A stretch of DNA of 64,000 bases from an uncultured Pseudomonadales bacterium (GCA_964588685.1 CAZPQG010000002.1:35481-99480); one strand, 5' to 3'; positions 1 to 11,236 are shown, counted from the stretch's first letter. The notes: a model not told the origin generated them from the letters alone. Numbers and translations are program-made.

Positions 1-657
1 AACCGCGACAGAAACATGCCTTACACTGCCGGTAAAAAAGGCATGCTGCCTCCAAAATTAGCTAGAACTATGGTTAATCTCGGTTTAGGCAGATTAAACT
101 TATTGGGGAAAGAACCGCCAGTTTTATATGACCCTTTTTGCGGTACAGGCACAGTTTTAATTGAAGGTTTATTAAGAGGCTGCCGAGCAATAGGTTCTGA
201 TCTCAATCAAGAAGCGGTAGCCGGTACTGAGCGAAATCTGGCCTGGTTTGAACAACAAGCTGATTCAAAATTTGATTATGAATTGTTCCAAGCCGATGCT
301 GCTCACGTAGATAAACTAGACTGGGAAGTAAAAGTTGATTTGATTGTGACGGAACCGTTCTTAGGCAAACCCAATCCTAAAAAAAATGAGCTGCCCAATA
401 TCTTTCAGGGCTTAACCTCCTTATACCTGGGAGCATTTAAAACTTGGGCTAAAATTTTAGCTAAACAAGCACTAGTTGTGATCGTCTTCCCTCAAGTTAC
501 AGGCGACAACAAAGAATACAACCTTTTAGCTTTAGTTGATAAATTAACTCAATATGGCTATACACTTGAAGCTGATCCTATTGATTACGGTTATGAAAAA
601 GCGACTGTTAAAAGACAGATTATGGTCTTTAGCTACCAAGCAGACAAAAAGAAGTAA
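1..657 (+). CDS. Class I SAM-dependent methyltransferase (Trm11/RlmL-like RNA m2G or N6-adenine type), 5' end probably outside window
   Basis: ORF 16..657 remains open back to nt 1. Motif I DPFCGTGT (FxGxG SAM loop) and a TEPF motif-IV variant of D/NPPY. Likely N-terminally truncated by the window edge. Confidence 0.5.
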   Translation, partial: NRDRNMPYTAGKKGMLPPKLARTMVNLGLGRLNLLGKEPPVLYDPFCGTGTVLIEGLLRGCRAIGSDLNQEAVAGTERNLAWFEQQADSKFDYELFQADAAHVDKLDWEVKVDLIVTEPFLGKPNPKKNELPNIFQGLTSLYLGAFKTWAKILAKQALVVIVFPQVTGDNKEYNLLALVDKLTQYGYTLEADPIDYGYEKATVKRQIMVFSYQADKKK

Positions 658-996
658 AAGCATTAAGCAAGTAAAAAATAAAGCCTCTTTCTCATTGAAA
701 AGCGAAAAGCGTCAATCTGTTTAAACAAATTAATTTTGCCCCATTTTAATTTAAGCCGAGTGAAATAAAGTTTCTTCACAGCTCCAATAAGGGGTTAGTG
801 TTGAAAATTAATAGCTAAATCTGTTAAAATTAAATGACAATTTATCAGAACTAGTTATCAGTATCAGCATTTACTTTTAACACTGACTTAATTGCAGCTG
901 CTAATTTTCATAATTTTCAGCTAACATTATTTTCTAGGTACTAAAAGTTAATAATTTTTTAAATTTAATCGCACTATAAAATATAAAGGACAATAT

Positions 997-1257
997 ATGG
1001 CACACGTTAAAGGCTCAGGCACAGTTAGACAACATTCACAGAAAAAACGCAGAGGTAGAAGACTAGGCGTGAAGCTGCAGGACGGCCAAAATATTAAAAC
1101 CGGTCAAATTATTATTAGACAACGAGGCATGGTTTATAAAGCAGCCAAAGGTGTGGGTGTAGGCAAAGATCACACTCTTTTTGCAACTAGAGACGGCATT
1201 GTAAATTTTGGTCAAAAACACGGCAAAACAACTGTTGGAGTAGTAGACGAAAGCTAA
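997..1257 (+). CDS. rpmA: 50S ribosomal protein L27
   Basis: MAHVKGSGT...RLGVK...IIRQRG...GKDHTLFA matches the L27 consensus. Confidence 0.85.
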   Translation: MAHVKGSGTVRQHSQKKRRGRRLGVKLQDGQNIKTGQIIIRQRGMVYKAAKGVGVGKDHTLFATRDGIVNFGQKHGKTTVGVVDES

Positions 1258-1334
1258 ACAAATTTTTAAATTTAGCAATCATTGCTGAAAATCAAGTTAA
1301 TAAAAGCAATTAATTTAATTCGTTAGCTCTAATT

Positions 1335-2153
1335 ATGGCAAACACTCTAACTCATTTAGATGTCAATCAACTTCAGCCTAATCCTTTCCAGCCTCGAGAT
1401 AAAATCAAACAAGAGAGTATTCAAGAGTTAAGTGCTTCCATCAAAGAACACGGCATTATAGAACCTCTGTCTGTGGCTAAAACTCCGGCCGGCTATCAAA
1501 TTATTGCCGGCGAAAGACGCTGGAGAGCAGCCAAAGCAGCCGGTTTGTCAGAAGTGCCCGTCATCATCTCTAAGACTACTCCCAAGAGAATGCTGGAAAT
1601 TGCATTGGTTGAGAATGTACAAAGAAAAGATCTAAATGCCATTGAAAGAGCCAAAGGCTTTCAACAACTCATGAAAGACTTTGATTTGGGAGTAAAAGAT
1701 ATTACTCAACGAATTTCAAAATCAAAATCATATGTCAGCAACAGTTTACGCTTGCTGTCTTTACCTGACGCTATTAAAGATGGGGTGATTAACGGCAAAA
1801 TCAGCGAAGGTCATGCTCGCGCTTTAGCCGGCTTAAATTCAGAATCAATGCAAATTAAATGTTTTCGGCAAATAGTGAAGGAGAGTGCTTCCGTGCGCAG
1901 AGCAGAACAAATGGTAAGACAGGTTAAACAAAAAAATAAAAAAGATCAAAAAAGTGAAGATAGCTTGATTAAAGAAGATCCTGACGGCAAAATCAGTGTC
2001 ATTGAGCAGTCTTTAAAAAAAGAATTTAAGGCTCCGGCTTTAATTCACCTTAGAAGATCAAAACAGCAAACCAAACTAACTATTACCTTACAAGGCAACC
2101 AGGAAAGTACGGACCGCGATCTCAAACTGGTGTTAGCAAAACTGCGCCGATAG
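1335..2153 (+). CDS. parB: ParB/Spo0J-like partition protein
   Basis: ParB N-domain (LQPNPFQPR, IIAGERRWRAAK box) followed by an HTH segment; divergent C-terminal tail. Confidence 0.75.
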   Translation: MANTLTHLDVNQLQPNPFQPRDKIKQESIQELSASIKEHGIIEPLSVAKTPAGYQIIAGERRWRAAKAAGLSEVPVIISKTTPKRMLEIALVENVQRKDLNAIERAKGFQQLMKDFDLGVKDITQRISKSKSYVSNSLRLLSLPDAIKDGVINGKISEGHARALAGLNSESMQIKCFRQIVKESASVRRAEQMVRQVKQKNKKDQKSEDSLIKEDPDGKISVIEQSLKKEFKAPALIHLRRSKQQTKLTITLQGNQESTDRDLKLVLAKLRR

Positions 2154-2188
2154 TAAAATACAAGGGTAAGAGATAAAGGAATATCTTT

Positions 2189-3256
2189 TTATTTAAGCCG
2201 CAATTTAAGTTGCGGCTTTTGTTGTTCAATTAGATTGAAGGCTATTCCCAGCGCAATCATAAAAGCAATAATTGAGCTGCCTCCGTAAGAAATTAAGGGT
2301 AAAGTTAAACCGGTAATCGGCAGGAGGCCTAAATTCATCCCAATATTAATTAAGACATGCAAAAATAAATTCATCATTATAATAAGCGTAAACAATTGAT
2401 GGCTTTTGTTTTTCATTGAAACAGCGTATTGCCACAGTACCAGTAACAAAGCAAATAACAAACTGACCAATACCATTGAGCCAATAAACCCCCATTCTTC
2501 AGCAATTGAAGCAAAAATGAAATCAGTTTGTCTTTCCGGCAAAAATTTCAAATGTGACTGAACACCAAAGCCTAAGCCTCTGCCAAAAAGCTGCCCTGAA
2601 CCAACGGCAATTAAAGCTTGACGAGCATTATAATTAGCATCCGCGCTTTGCTCTTCTTGTATAGAAAAAAAGCTTATCACTCTATTTTTTTGATAAGGTT
2701 GAAGCAAAGAATTCCAAGCTACTATCAACAAGATAACAGCTGCAACACTCCCAGCCAGCATTTGTTTGAATTTAATAGGGATTAAAAAGAAAATCATGCT
2801 TAAACTGAGCGCCAACACTAAACTGGTGCTAAAATCTGGCTGCAGAAAAATTAAAAAAACAGGTAAAGCTATTATGGCAATTAACTTACTGAGTCCTAAC
2901 AAAGTTTTAATTTCAATTTTAGGGATAATGAAAGCTAAATATAAAGCTGTGATTAAACCGGCAAATTGTGAAGGTTGTATTTTAAAGCCGGCAAATAAAT
3001 CAATCCATCTTACGGTTGCTCGAGTGGTTTGGCCAATCACCAGCAGCAACAATAAAACTAAATTTAACAACCAATAAGCAATAATGCTTGGTTTTTCCAA
3101 GTGGTTAAAATTAAGAAAACGCATTACAAAAAACAATCCGAACCCCATTAAAAAATAAAAAAACTGTCTAAAAACTAACTCCGGAGCAATGCTGTATAAA
3201 CCTATGAGGCTTAAACAGGCTAAAACAAAACTAATAATTGGGATGAGCCATTTCAT
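2189..3256 (-). CDS. SEDS-family peptidoglycan glycosyltransferase (RodA/FtsW-like), second copy
   Basis: Multi-TM protein with C-terminal GLTLPLISYGGSS SEDS signature, paralogous to the ftsW at 11237..12316. Confidence 0.7.
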   Translation of the reverse strand: MKWLIPIISFVLACLSLIGLYSIAPELVFRQFFYFLMGFGLFFVMRFLNFNHLEKPSIIAYWLLNLVLLLLLVIGQTTRATVRWIDLFAGFKIQPSQFAGLITALYLAFIIPKIEIKTLLGLSKLIAIIALPVFLIFLQPDFSTSLVLALSLSMIFFLIPIKFKQMLAGSVAAVILLIVAWNSLLQPYQKNRVISFFSIQEEQSADANYNARQALIAVGSGQLFGRGLGFGVQSHLKFLPERQTDFIFASIAEEWGFIGSMVLVSLLFALLLVLWQYAVSMKNKSHQLFTLIIMMNLFLHVLINIGMNLGLLPITGLTLPLISYGGSSIIAFMIALGIAFNLIEQQKPQLKLRLK

Positions 3257-3307
3257 AAAAATTAAATTTCAGCTGCTGAAATATTGAAGTAAAGATTTTA
3301 AAAATTA

Positions 3308-6145
3308 TTACTGCACTATTTTCATCTCATCACCTTGAACTAATTGAGTGTTAGTTTTGGTTTCTATCTCTTCCTGCCAATTTTCCGGCCAATCCGGCAG
3401 CTGCAACACAACTTCTGCCTCTACATCTAATTTAGCCTTGCGTCGTAAATTCTGGATTTCTCTAATTAAATCTCTGACTTCTGCCTCTTGTTTTAAGTCA
3501 GGAGTAATGTCAAAATCGTACTCTAATTTCAACTCAGATTGATCTGCTTCAACCTCCCAATAAACTTCTTTAATATTTAATTCATGTTTAATTAATTCTG
3601 ATAATTCATCTTGATAGGAAAGAGGAGTGTTAGTTTTAATTACAGCACTGGCTAAAGGATGCCTTAATTTCAAGCCTTTGTCACGGCGAATACCTCGGCC
3701 CAGTTCAACTATTTCCGTCACTTTTGCCATTTCTGACTCTAGTTTTTCATTAATTTCTTCTTGTTTAATCTCGGGCCAATCAGTTAAATGAATCGAGCTG
3801 TTTTCATCCACTAAATTATGATAGCTTAATTCACTGAAAAAAGGGCATAATGGTGCAAATAGCTGGGCTAGAGAATGCAGCCCGGCTCCAAACACACGGC
3901 TGACTTCTTGATTTTCATCTTGTTTAATTCTTTCTCTAGACAAGCGTAAATACCAGGTTGAAAAGTCGTTCACAAATTCTATTAAACTGCGGCTGGTTTT
4001 GACAACATCATATTCTTTTAGATGAGTAGTTACCTTTTGTCTTAAGCTATTAATTCGACTCACCAGCCACTGATCTAAAATATGTTCAGGCTCAGTTGGA
4101 AGAGTGGTAATATCATGTTCTTGGTCAGCAAACATTTTATAAAAAGAAATCATATTCCACCAAATTAAGAACACCCTGCGTCTTAGATCTGCTACTTCTT
4201 GTTCACTAAAATTTAAATTTTCAGCCTTCATGACAGGGGAACTCATTAAATATAAGCGCAAGCTGTCGGCACCGTACTGTTCTAATACATGGCTTGGATC
4301 CGGAAAATTCTTTTTTGATTTACTCATCTTAGTGCCGTCTTCAGCTAAAATAGTGCCTGTGGTTAAAACATTTTCAAAAGGCGGTTGTTCAAAAATAGCT
4401 ACTGACATCACATGCATGGTATAAAACCAAGCTCTAGTTTGAGCAATATACTCACTTACAAATTGAGCCGGATAATTTTCTTCAAAAAAATCTTTATGTT
4501 CAAACGGATAGTGAATATGAGCAAAAGGCATAGAGCCTGATTCTACCCAGCAGTCAAAAACTTCCGGCACTCTAGTGCCCACAATAGTTCGTTCATCATC
4601 AACATAAACTTTAACCTCATCAATAAATTCGCGGTGTAAATCAAGTATCTCTTCAACCTGTTCGGAATCAACAGCCCATTCTTGCAGCTCTGCCACTGAA
4701 CCAATAATTCTACTAACTGTTTTATTGTTTTCATCTTTACCCTGCCAAATTGGCATCGGAGTTCCCCAATAGCGAGAACGCGAAATATTCCAATCCGGGG
4801 CACTTTCCAAACCTTTTAAAAAACGGCCGTGTTTTAAATGCTTTGGCACCCAATTTATTTTTTCATTGTGCTCGATTAAATCATCTTTAATGGATTGAAT
4901 ATCAATAAACCAAGCCGGGACAGGTGCATAATAAAGCCTAGTCTCACAACGATGACAGACCGGCACCGTGTGAGTATATTGATTTTCACTATAAATTAAA
5001 CCACGTTCTCTTAAATCACGATTCACTAACTTATTGACTTCATTGATAGATGTGCCTGCCCACGGTTCTACTTCTTTTTTAAGCTTACCTTCTTCGTCAA
5101 CATGCAGCACAATTTGAATTTGATGCTCTTTCATGACACGATAGTCATCTTCGCCATAAGCGGCTAAAGTTACTACACCAGTTCCTTCATCTGCTGTTAC
5201 AAAATCATCAGTCACCACTACACCGACTCGCTCATTAGCACTGCGGTCAGGATAAAAATCATAATGCAGCTCAAATTCTAAATCTTGCAGCTGACTGCCT
5301 TTGAATTCGTCAACAATTTTATAGCTGGGCTCATCCTTTAGCATCTCCAACCTGTCTTGAGTTAAGACATAATATTTATCTCCCTGCTTAATTTTGATAT
5401 ACATCAAGTCCGGATTAACTGCCAGCGCAGGAGTGGCTAACTTATTCCAAGGCGTGGTGGACCAGGCCAATAAATAAGTATTTTTTTGATCTTTGATTGG
5501 GTATTTATAAACAGTTGAAGCTTCAGTAATTTGCTTGTAGCTGTTATCCATTGCTATTTCGAAGTTTGAAAGAGGAGTACCGCAGCGAGGACAATAAAGT
5601 ATAACTTTTCTGCCCTGATAAATTAAGTCTTTTTTAGCTAATTGCTTAAAGCCCCACCAAACAGATTCCATATAAGACTTGCTCATCGTCTTATAGCTAT
5701 TTTCAAAATCAACCCAGCGGCCAATACGATTAATGGTTTTCTTCCATTCTTTATCTAAGCGCAGCACCTCACTACGACAAGCTTGATTGAACTTTTCAAT
5801 ACCTAATTTTTCTATTTCTTGTTTGCCATCCTCAATATCTAACTTGTTTTCAATAATATTTTCAATGGGTAAACCATGACAGTCCCAGCCCCAAACGCGG
5901 CGCACTCTTTTTCCCAACATAGTTTGAAAGCGGGGAATTACGTCTTTAGTAGTAGAAGCTAACAAATGCCCGTAATGAGGCATGCCGGTAGCAAAAGGCG
6001 GGCCGTCATAAAAAACATAGGCATTATCTTTTGGTCTTTTGTTGATAGATTTTTCAAAAATCTTATTTTTTTTCCAAAAAGAAATAATCTCTTTTTCTAA
6101 TTTTGGTAAATCCGGGACTTGTCGAAATGATTTAACTTTAGGCAT
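3308..6145 (-). CDS. ileS: Isoleucyl-tRNA synthetase, eukaryote-like type 2
   Basis: 945 aa. PPFATGMPHYGHLLA HIGH region (type 2 style), WDCHGLPIE, and KMSKS present as GTKMSKSKKN. Confidence 0.85.
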   Translation of the reverse strand: MPKVKSFRQVPDLPKLEKEIISFWKKNKIFEKSINKRPKDNAYVFYDGPPFATGMPHYGHLLASTTKDVIPRFQTMLGKRVRRVWGWDCHGLPIENIIENKLDIEDGKQEIEKLGIEKFNQACRSEVLRLDKEWKKTINRIGRWVDFENSYKTMSKSYMESVWWGFKQLAKKDLIYQGRKVILYCPRCGTPLSNFEIAMDNSYKQITEASTVYKYPIKDQKNTYLLAWSTTPWNKLATPALAVNPDLMYIKIKQGDKYYVLTQDRLEMLKDEPSYKIVDEFKGSQLQDLEFELHYDFYPDRSANERVGVVVTDDFVTADEGTGVVTLAAYGEDDYRVMKEHQIQIVLHVDEEGKLKKEVEPWAGTSINEVNKLVNRDLRERGLIYSENQYTHTVPVCHRCETRLYYAPVPAWFIDIQSIKDDLIEHNEKINWVPKHLKHGRFLKGLESAPDWNISRSRYWGTPMPIWQGKDENNKTVSRIIGSVAELQEWAVDSEQVEEILDLHREFIDEVKVYVDDERTIVGTRVPEVFDCWVESGSMPFAHIHYPFEHKDFFEENYPAQFVSEYIAQTRAWFYTMHVMSVAIFEQPPFENVLTTGTILAEDGTKMSKSKKNFPDPSHVLEQYGADSLRLYLMSSPVMKAENLNFSEQEVADLRRRVFLIWWNMISFYKMFADQEHDITTLPTEPEHILDQWLVSRINSLRQKVTTHLKEYDVVKTSRSLIEFVNDFSTWYLRLSRERIKQDENQEVSRVFGAGLHSLAQLFAPLCPFFSELSYHNLVDENSSIHLTDWPEIKQEEINEKLESEMAKVTEIVELGRGIRRDKGLKLRHPLASAVIKTNTPLSYQDELSELIKHELNIKEVYWEVEADQSELKLEYDFDITPDLKQEAEVRDLIREIQNLRRKAKLDVEAEVVLQLPDWPENWQEEIETKTNTQLVQGDEMKIVQ

Positions 6146-6274
6146 ATTGGAATTATAACTTAAAAAAATAAATTACTAAAATTAAAATATTAAATTCATC
6201 AGGGAAATTACTACGGCTATTAGCAATAAACAACTCACACCTCAAGCGGTAATGAGTTTAATTGCAGAGTATTA

Positions 6275-7573
6275 TTACAAATTTCTTAAAAAGGCCGGCA
6301 CTTCAAAATCATCTTTAAAAGCTGAGTCATCATCTTCGGCCGATTGAGCTTTGTTATCCTCAGATGCCGATGAAGGCTGCTGTTTGGCAGCTGCTTGGCC
6401 GGCTGAGCCGGAAGTTTTAATAAAGGAAGAAGTTTTTGGCTGCGCTTCTTCTTTTTGCGGTTGTTCAGCCTGATGGGATCTTTGGGACTTTGTTATCGGC
6501 TGAGTAAAACCATTAGGAGCACGATCAATTTTATTACCATTTTCATCAAATTTTTTAGTTTTAGAGCGTTTGCTGTAAGCGCCAAACATGGCACGCCGCG
6601 AACTAGTGGCTAACGCTTCCTGTTCAAAACCGGTCGCTATGACGCTGATTTTAATTTTATCGCCTAATTCGTCGTCAATATTGGCTCCAAAAATAATATT
6701 AGCATCCGGATCTGCTGCGCTGGCAATAATTGCCGAGGCATCAGATACTTCAGTCATAGTCATCTTGGAATCTCCGTGTATGTTATACAGCAGTCCTTTT
6801 GCCCCTTCAACTGAAACTTCCAACAGCGGTGAAGAAATTGCCATTCTAGCAGCATTGACAGCTCTATCAGTACCTGAAGCTTCGCCAATGCCCATTAAAG
6901 CGGTGCCTGAGTCATACATTATTGTCTTTACATCAGCAAAATCAACATTAATTAAACCCGGAATGGTAATCAAATCTGAAATACCTTTTACTCCCTGACC
7001 TAACACATTGTCAGCCAGTTTAAATGCATCAATTAAAGTCATTTTTTTATCAACTACTTCCATTAATCTTTGGTTGGGAATTACAATTAGAGTATCGACA
7101 CAGTCTTTTAACACTTCAATGCCTTCTTCGGCAGTCTGCATCCTTTTCACACCCTCAAAAACAAATGGTTTAGTCACTACTGCCACTGTTAATGCGCCGG
7201 CTTCTTTAGCCACTTGAGCAATAATTGGGGCTGCACCGGTGCCGGTGCCCCCGCCCATACCAGCTGTGATAAAGACCATATCACTGTCAAAAAGTAAATC
7301 TTTAATTTTTTCTTGACTTTCTTCAGCAGCGGTTCTGCCGACTTCCGGATCAGCTCCTGCTCCCAACCCTCGCGTAAAATTACTGCCGATTTGTAATTTA
7401 GCTTCAGCTTTGGATTTTAGTAAAGCTTGAGCATCAGTATTTACAGATACAAATTCTACACCCTCAATTTGCTTGGATTCAATCATAGTATTAATAGCAT
7501 TGCAGCCTCCGCCGCCAATGCCTAAAACTCTAATTTTGGCAAATGTATTGTTTGAAGGTTTAACTAATCCCAT
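6275..7573 (-). CDS. ftsZ: Cell division GTPase FtsZ
   Basis: [10 protein letters not shown] tubulin signature, long C-terminal linker ending in a [13 protein letters not shown]-terminal peptide. Confidence 0.95.
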   Translation of the reverse strand: MGLVKPSNNTFAKIRVLGIGGGGCNAINTMIESKQIEGVEFVSVNTDAQALLKSKAEAKLQIGSNFTRGLGAGADPEVGRTAAEESQEKIKDLLFDSDMVFITAGMGGGTGTGAAPIIAQVAKEAGALTVAVVTKPFVFEGVKRMQTAEEGIEVLKDCVDTLIVIPNQRLMEVVDKKMTLIDAFKLADNVLGQGVKGISDLITIPGLINVDFADVKTIMYDSGTALMGIGEASGTDRAVNAARMAISSPLLEVSVEGAKGLLYNIHGDSKMTMTEVSDASAIIASAADPDANIIFGANIDDELGDKIKISVIATGFEQEALATSSRRAMFGAYSKRSKTKKFDENGNKIDRAPNGFTQPITKSQRSHQAEQPQKEEAQPKTSSFIKTSGSAGQAAAKQQPSSASEDNKAQSAEDDDSAFKDDFEVPAFLRNL

Positions 7574-7821
7574 ACAAAGTTAAGTTCGTTTTATTATTAA
7601 TTATTTTTATTATTTTTTTGAAATAATTAGAAGTCAAGGCTGATAATTATTGCTGGTAATTATTATTGTAACAAATTACTCTTAACTCTTAATTAAGCTC
7701 TATTCTTTGCTTATTCTTGACTTATGTTTTAATTATATTTAGGTGCTAATTAATATATCAAAGTCTACCATTATTTACAACAAATTCCTAGTAAGAAAGC
7801 CCGTGAAGTTATAAAAAACAA

Positions 7822-9132
7822 TCAAGGTAATAGCTTTTGCAAAAAATTAAGTAATTTTTTGCTGATATTCTTAAGATTAATCTCTTGAAAAATTTCCCCA
7901 AAATTAATTGCAGGCCCAACTAATTCTCCGGCTCCCTGTCTGCGCCCGTAAACCAGCAAACCAACCGCAGCTGAAAAAGACGGGCCTTGAATTTCATTAA
8001 TGACCCCTTTGAGTTCAGGCGGCCGGCCAATGCGGGCAGGTAGTCCCAATACCTTTTCCGCAACCTCAACTAAATCAATAGTTTGAGCACCGCCGCCGGA
8101 AATAATTAATCCAGCCGGTACCTCAGTAAATAAATCTTCTCGGTCTAATTTTTCTCCCAATAAAGTTACAATTTCTTTCATCCTGGGATGCATGATGCGC
8201 TTAATAACATAAGAACGAGTCAATTCTTCCTTGACTCCGGTAATGCCGTATTTATCTAAATCAATAACATCAGCAGCCTTTTTTCTAAGAGTGAACTCCT
8301 TTTTAGATTCACCCGGCATTGGTTTCAACTCTGTCTTTTTTTGCTCTGACAAAGCTATTTTCAATTTCTCAGCACTCTCGCGATCAATGCGGCAGCCTAA
8401 GGCAATATCTTGAGTGATATGTTTGGCACCAACGGGCAGAGAACCAGACAATTCTAAAGCACCATCAACATAAGCACAGAATGAACTGCTGTCACCGCCA
8501 ATGTCCAGTGCCACTGCGCCTAATTCTTTTTCGGTCTCAGTTAAAGTTACCTCGGCAGCAGCCAAAGCTGCAAAGACAAATTTTTCAACTTCAACTCCTA
8601 AATCATTTAAGCATTTTTCAAAATTATTTAAGGTAGTGCTCAAACCGGTAATAATATGCGCTTCAGACTCAAGCCTTACGCCGGTCATGCCAACCGGATC
8701 TTTAATGCCTGCTTGGGAATCAACTTTAAAAAATCGCGGCACCACGTGGATAATTTCATTTTCTGAAGGAATAGACACAGCCCGAGCTGCTTCAATCACT
8801 CGTTCAACGTCCAGATTAGTAATTTCCTGCTCCGGATCTGCTACAGCCACCACTCCTTTTGAATTTTTTGAAGAAACGTGAGGACCGGAAACTAAAAGAT
8901 AAGCACTGCGAACACTTAAACCGGCCATTCTCTCAGCAGAATTTAAGCTTTTTTCAATTGATCCCAGCGCAGACTCTAAGTTAACAATAGCGCTTTTTTT
9001 AATCCCCAAGGAAGGCACAGCGGAAAATCCCAACACTCTTAATTGCGGACTGTCACCGCCGTAGCCGGCAATTAAAGTGGCCACTTTATCGCTGCCGATA
9101 TCTATTGCGGTGATAATATTTTCTTTACTCAT
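7822..9132 (-). CDS. ftsA: Cell division protein FtsA (actin-like ATPase)
   Basis: Actin-fold N-terminus IDIGSDKV and DIGG phosphate loops; located immediately upstream of ftsZ. Confidence 0.85.
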   Translation of the reverse strand: MSKENIITAIDIGSDKVATLIAGYGGDSPQLRVLGFSAVPSLGIKKSAIVNLESALGSIEKSLNSAERMAGLSVRSAYLLVSGPHVSSKNSKGVVAVADPEQEITNLDVERVIEAARAVSIPSENEIIHVVPRFFKVDSQAGIKDPVGMTGVRLESEAHIITGLSTTLNNFEKCLNDLGVEVEKFVFAALAAAEVTLTETEKELGAVALDIGGDSSSFCAYVDGALELSGSLPVGAKHITQDIALGCRIDRESAEKLKIALSEQKKTELKPMPGESKKEFTLRKKAADVIDLDKYGITGVKEELTRSYVIKRIMHPRMKEIVTLLGEKLDREDLFTEVPAGLIISGGGAQTIDLVEVAEKVLGLPARIGRPPELKGVINEIQGPSFSAAVGLLVYGRRQGAGELVGPAINFGEIFQEINLKNISKKLLNFLQKLLP

Positions 9133-9296
9133 AAAATGGTAGCTGCTGATATTACTTTAGCTGCTGATATCACTTAAAATGTTAAAAGCCTAATAATGAA
9201 CCTAACTGCTGACTTAAAATTATTAAAAATTATTTGCCTCGTTGTATGTAGTAATTATAGCCAGGCTGTCTTTTGCCGCAGCAGTGCTTCTAATTT

Positions 9297-10055
9297 TTAG
9301 CTCTCTTGAATTTTAACTACCGGCAGATCAAATCGCAGGTCAATCACTCTAATTTCTTGATCGGCAGTTAAATCTTGTTTTATTTTTGCCAAATCATCAC
9401 TAATTAATTTAACCTTCATGGCTGTTAAAGCCGGCAGCATAGTATCTTCAAAAATATAATCAGTATTATTAACTGTTACTGAGCTTTCTTTTTTATTTAA
9501 TTTAAAATCATTATAATCCAATTCTTGTTGATTAAAATACTCAACATAATCAGTTATCGTTTGATGCAAATCTAAATCTATTTTTTCAGCACTGATTTCG
9601 TTTTGGTAAGCCTCAGTCATTGTAATCAACGGCAAATCAAATTGGTTGGAATCTTGTGCCAAATAGCCTTGAGAATTAACAATATATGTTTGTTGGTCTA
9701 TCTTTATTTTATATGATGGATCTTTTTTAAGAAAAGAGATAAGCAAAGTGTCGGGTAATCTTTTTTGTATTTGCAGCGGCTCAAAAACTTGTCCCTGTTC
9801 ATTAACCAGAGTTGATAAAAATAACGGAGTTTGGTCAAAACGGGTGAAAAATAAAGATTTATTTTTTAAAAAAGACAACTGCTCACATAATTCCGGATTA
9901 GGTTGACCGTCAACTAAACATTTTATCTGCTGTACCTTAAATAAAATTCCTCCTGCACCAAAAACAGTCAATATCAATATAACTGCTAAGAAATAGTTAA
10001 GTTTAGAATGTTGAGGTTGGTTTGTATTTAATTTGGCAGGCGATCTTTTTCGCAT
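9297..10055 (-). CDS. ftsQ: FtsQ/DivIB-like division protein (single-TM anchor plus POTRA-like region)
   Basis: N-terminal TM helix, position between murG and ftsA, and loose POTRA/beta-domain pattern. Sequence is divergent. Confidence 0.45.
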   Translation of the reverse strand: MRKRSPAKLNTNQPQHSKLNYFLAVILILTVFGAGGILFKVQQIKCLVDGQPNPELCEQLSFLKNKSLFFTRFDQTPLFLSTLVNEQGQVFEPLQIQKRLPDTLLISFLKKDPSYKIKIDQQTYIVNSQGYLAQDSNQFDLPLITMTEAYQNEISAEKIDLDLHQTITDYVEYFNQQELDYNDFKLNKKESSVTVNNTDYIFEDTMLPALTAMKVKLISDDLAKIKQDLTADQEIRVIDLRFDLPVVKIQES

Positions 10056-10070
10056 TGTTAAAGGTAGAAC

Positions 10071-11207
10071 TTATGAATTGGACAATGTAGTTAATATTTT
10101 AAAAAGTTTTTTAGCTGCATTCTGAGGTGTTTGAGCTTTTAATTGAGCCAAATTGGCAACAAAGGAGGCATGTTCTTGCTGAATCCGGTTAATCGCATTT
10201 TGCAAGTTATCTAAAGTTAGATCTTTTTGCAAAAGCATAACACCGGCTTTGTGCTTGGCTGCAAATTCTGCATTGCGCTGCTGCTCAGCAAAATGAGCAT
10301 GAGGCAAGGGCACTAAAATTGAAGGCAAAGTGTAGTGAATTAGTTCTTCAATGGTATTGATACCGGCTCTGGACAAAGCTAAAAAAGCATGTTGATAAAG
10401 CCAAGCTAAATCCGCAGCATCAATCCACGGCAAAATAAAATAACGGTCTGGATTAATGCCTTGACCATTAGCAGCGCTGCTTAATTCTTGTTGATAATTA
10501 TAAAGTTTATTAGCTCTTCCGCATTGATGAATCACTATATAACGTTTGGTTAACCAGTGAAGATGCTGTGCCACGAAATCGTTAATAGTTTTAGATCCCT
10601 GGTTGCCCCCCATTACTAACAGTAGTTTGTCATTAAGCTCAAACGGGAGCCAGTTAGGTTTAGCCGCTTGCTGAGGTGTTTTAAGTACTGACCGTAATGG
10701 GGTACCGGTTAAAACAGCTTTATTTTTAATTTTTTCTAAATTAAAATTAGCTAAATCAGGATATGAATAAGCCACTTTAGCAGCAAATTTAAAAATTATT
10801 TTATTAGCCAAACCCACTACCATCGTTCCTTCATGAGCTAAGGATGGAACGCCTTTTATTTTCCCTGCCAAAACAAATGGAACAGCCACGTAGCCGCCAA
10901 AAGACATAATAACATCAGGTTTTTCTTGTTGGATAATCCTTAAAGCTTTCACAAAGCTAATGATAAAAAAAAATGGTTTTATTAACCAGGAAAAAAAACC
11001 TGACCAGCCGAGTTTAACTGTTTTAACAGGGATAAACGGAACTTTTCTTTTATTGACTTCATATGCTTCCACAGCCGGCTGCTTAAGATTTTCCTGACTG
11101 TAAATTCTGCCGGCAAAAACTATCTCAGTATCAGGCTGATTGTTATTAAGCCAATCAATTAATCCTAAAGCCGGTGTTAAGTGTCCACCCGGAATTAAAA
11201 TTTTCAT
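10071..11207 (-). CDS. murG: Lipid II synthase MurG (UDP-GlcNAc:lipid I GlcNAc transferase)
   Basis: GGHLTPALGL N-terminal G-loop and GT-B fold pattern, located in the dcw run. Confidence 0.8.
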   Translation of the reverse strand: MKILIPGGHLTPALGLIDWLNNNQPDTEIVFAGRIYSQENLKQPAVEAYEVNKRKVPFIPVKTVKLGWSGFFSWLIKPFFFIISFVKALRIIQQEKPDVIMSFGGYVAVPFVLAGKIKGVPSLAHEGTMVVGLANKIIFKFAAKVAYSYPDLANFNLEKIKNKAVLTGTPLRSVLKTPQQAAKPNWLPFELNDKLLLVMGGNQGSKTINDFVAQHLHWLTKRYIVIHQCGRANKLYNYQQELSSAANGQGINPDRYFILPWIDAADLAWLYQHAFLALSRAGINTIEELIHYTLPSILVPLPHAHFAEQQRNAEFAAKHKAGVMLLQKDLTLDNLQNAINRIQQEHASFVANLAQLKAQTPQNAAKKLFKILTTLSNS

Positions 11208-11236
11208 AATTAATTAAGATTATTTTTAATAATCGC

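Noticed and set aside
6588-6998. 136-aa plus-strand ORF
   Set aside because: Entirely antisense to the well-supported ftsZ, Ala/Ser-rich low-complexity translation; a typical shadow ORF. The same applies to 7008..7217, 8231..8413, 8501..8881 (antisense to ftsA), 2766..3077 (antisense to the SEDS gene), 3348..3542, 4230..4424, 4543..4803 (within ileS) and 1063..1278 (antisense to rpmA).
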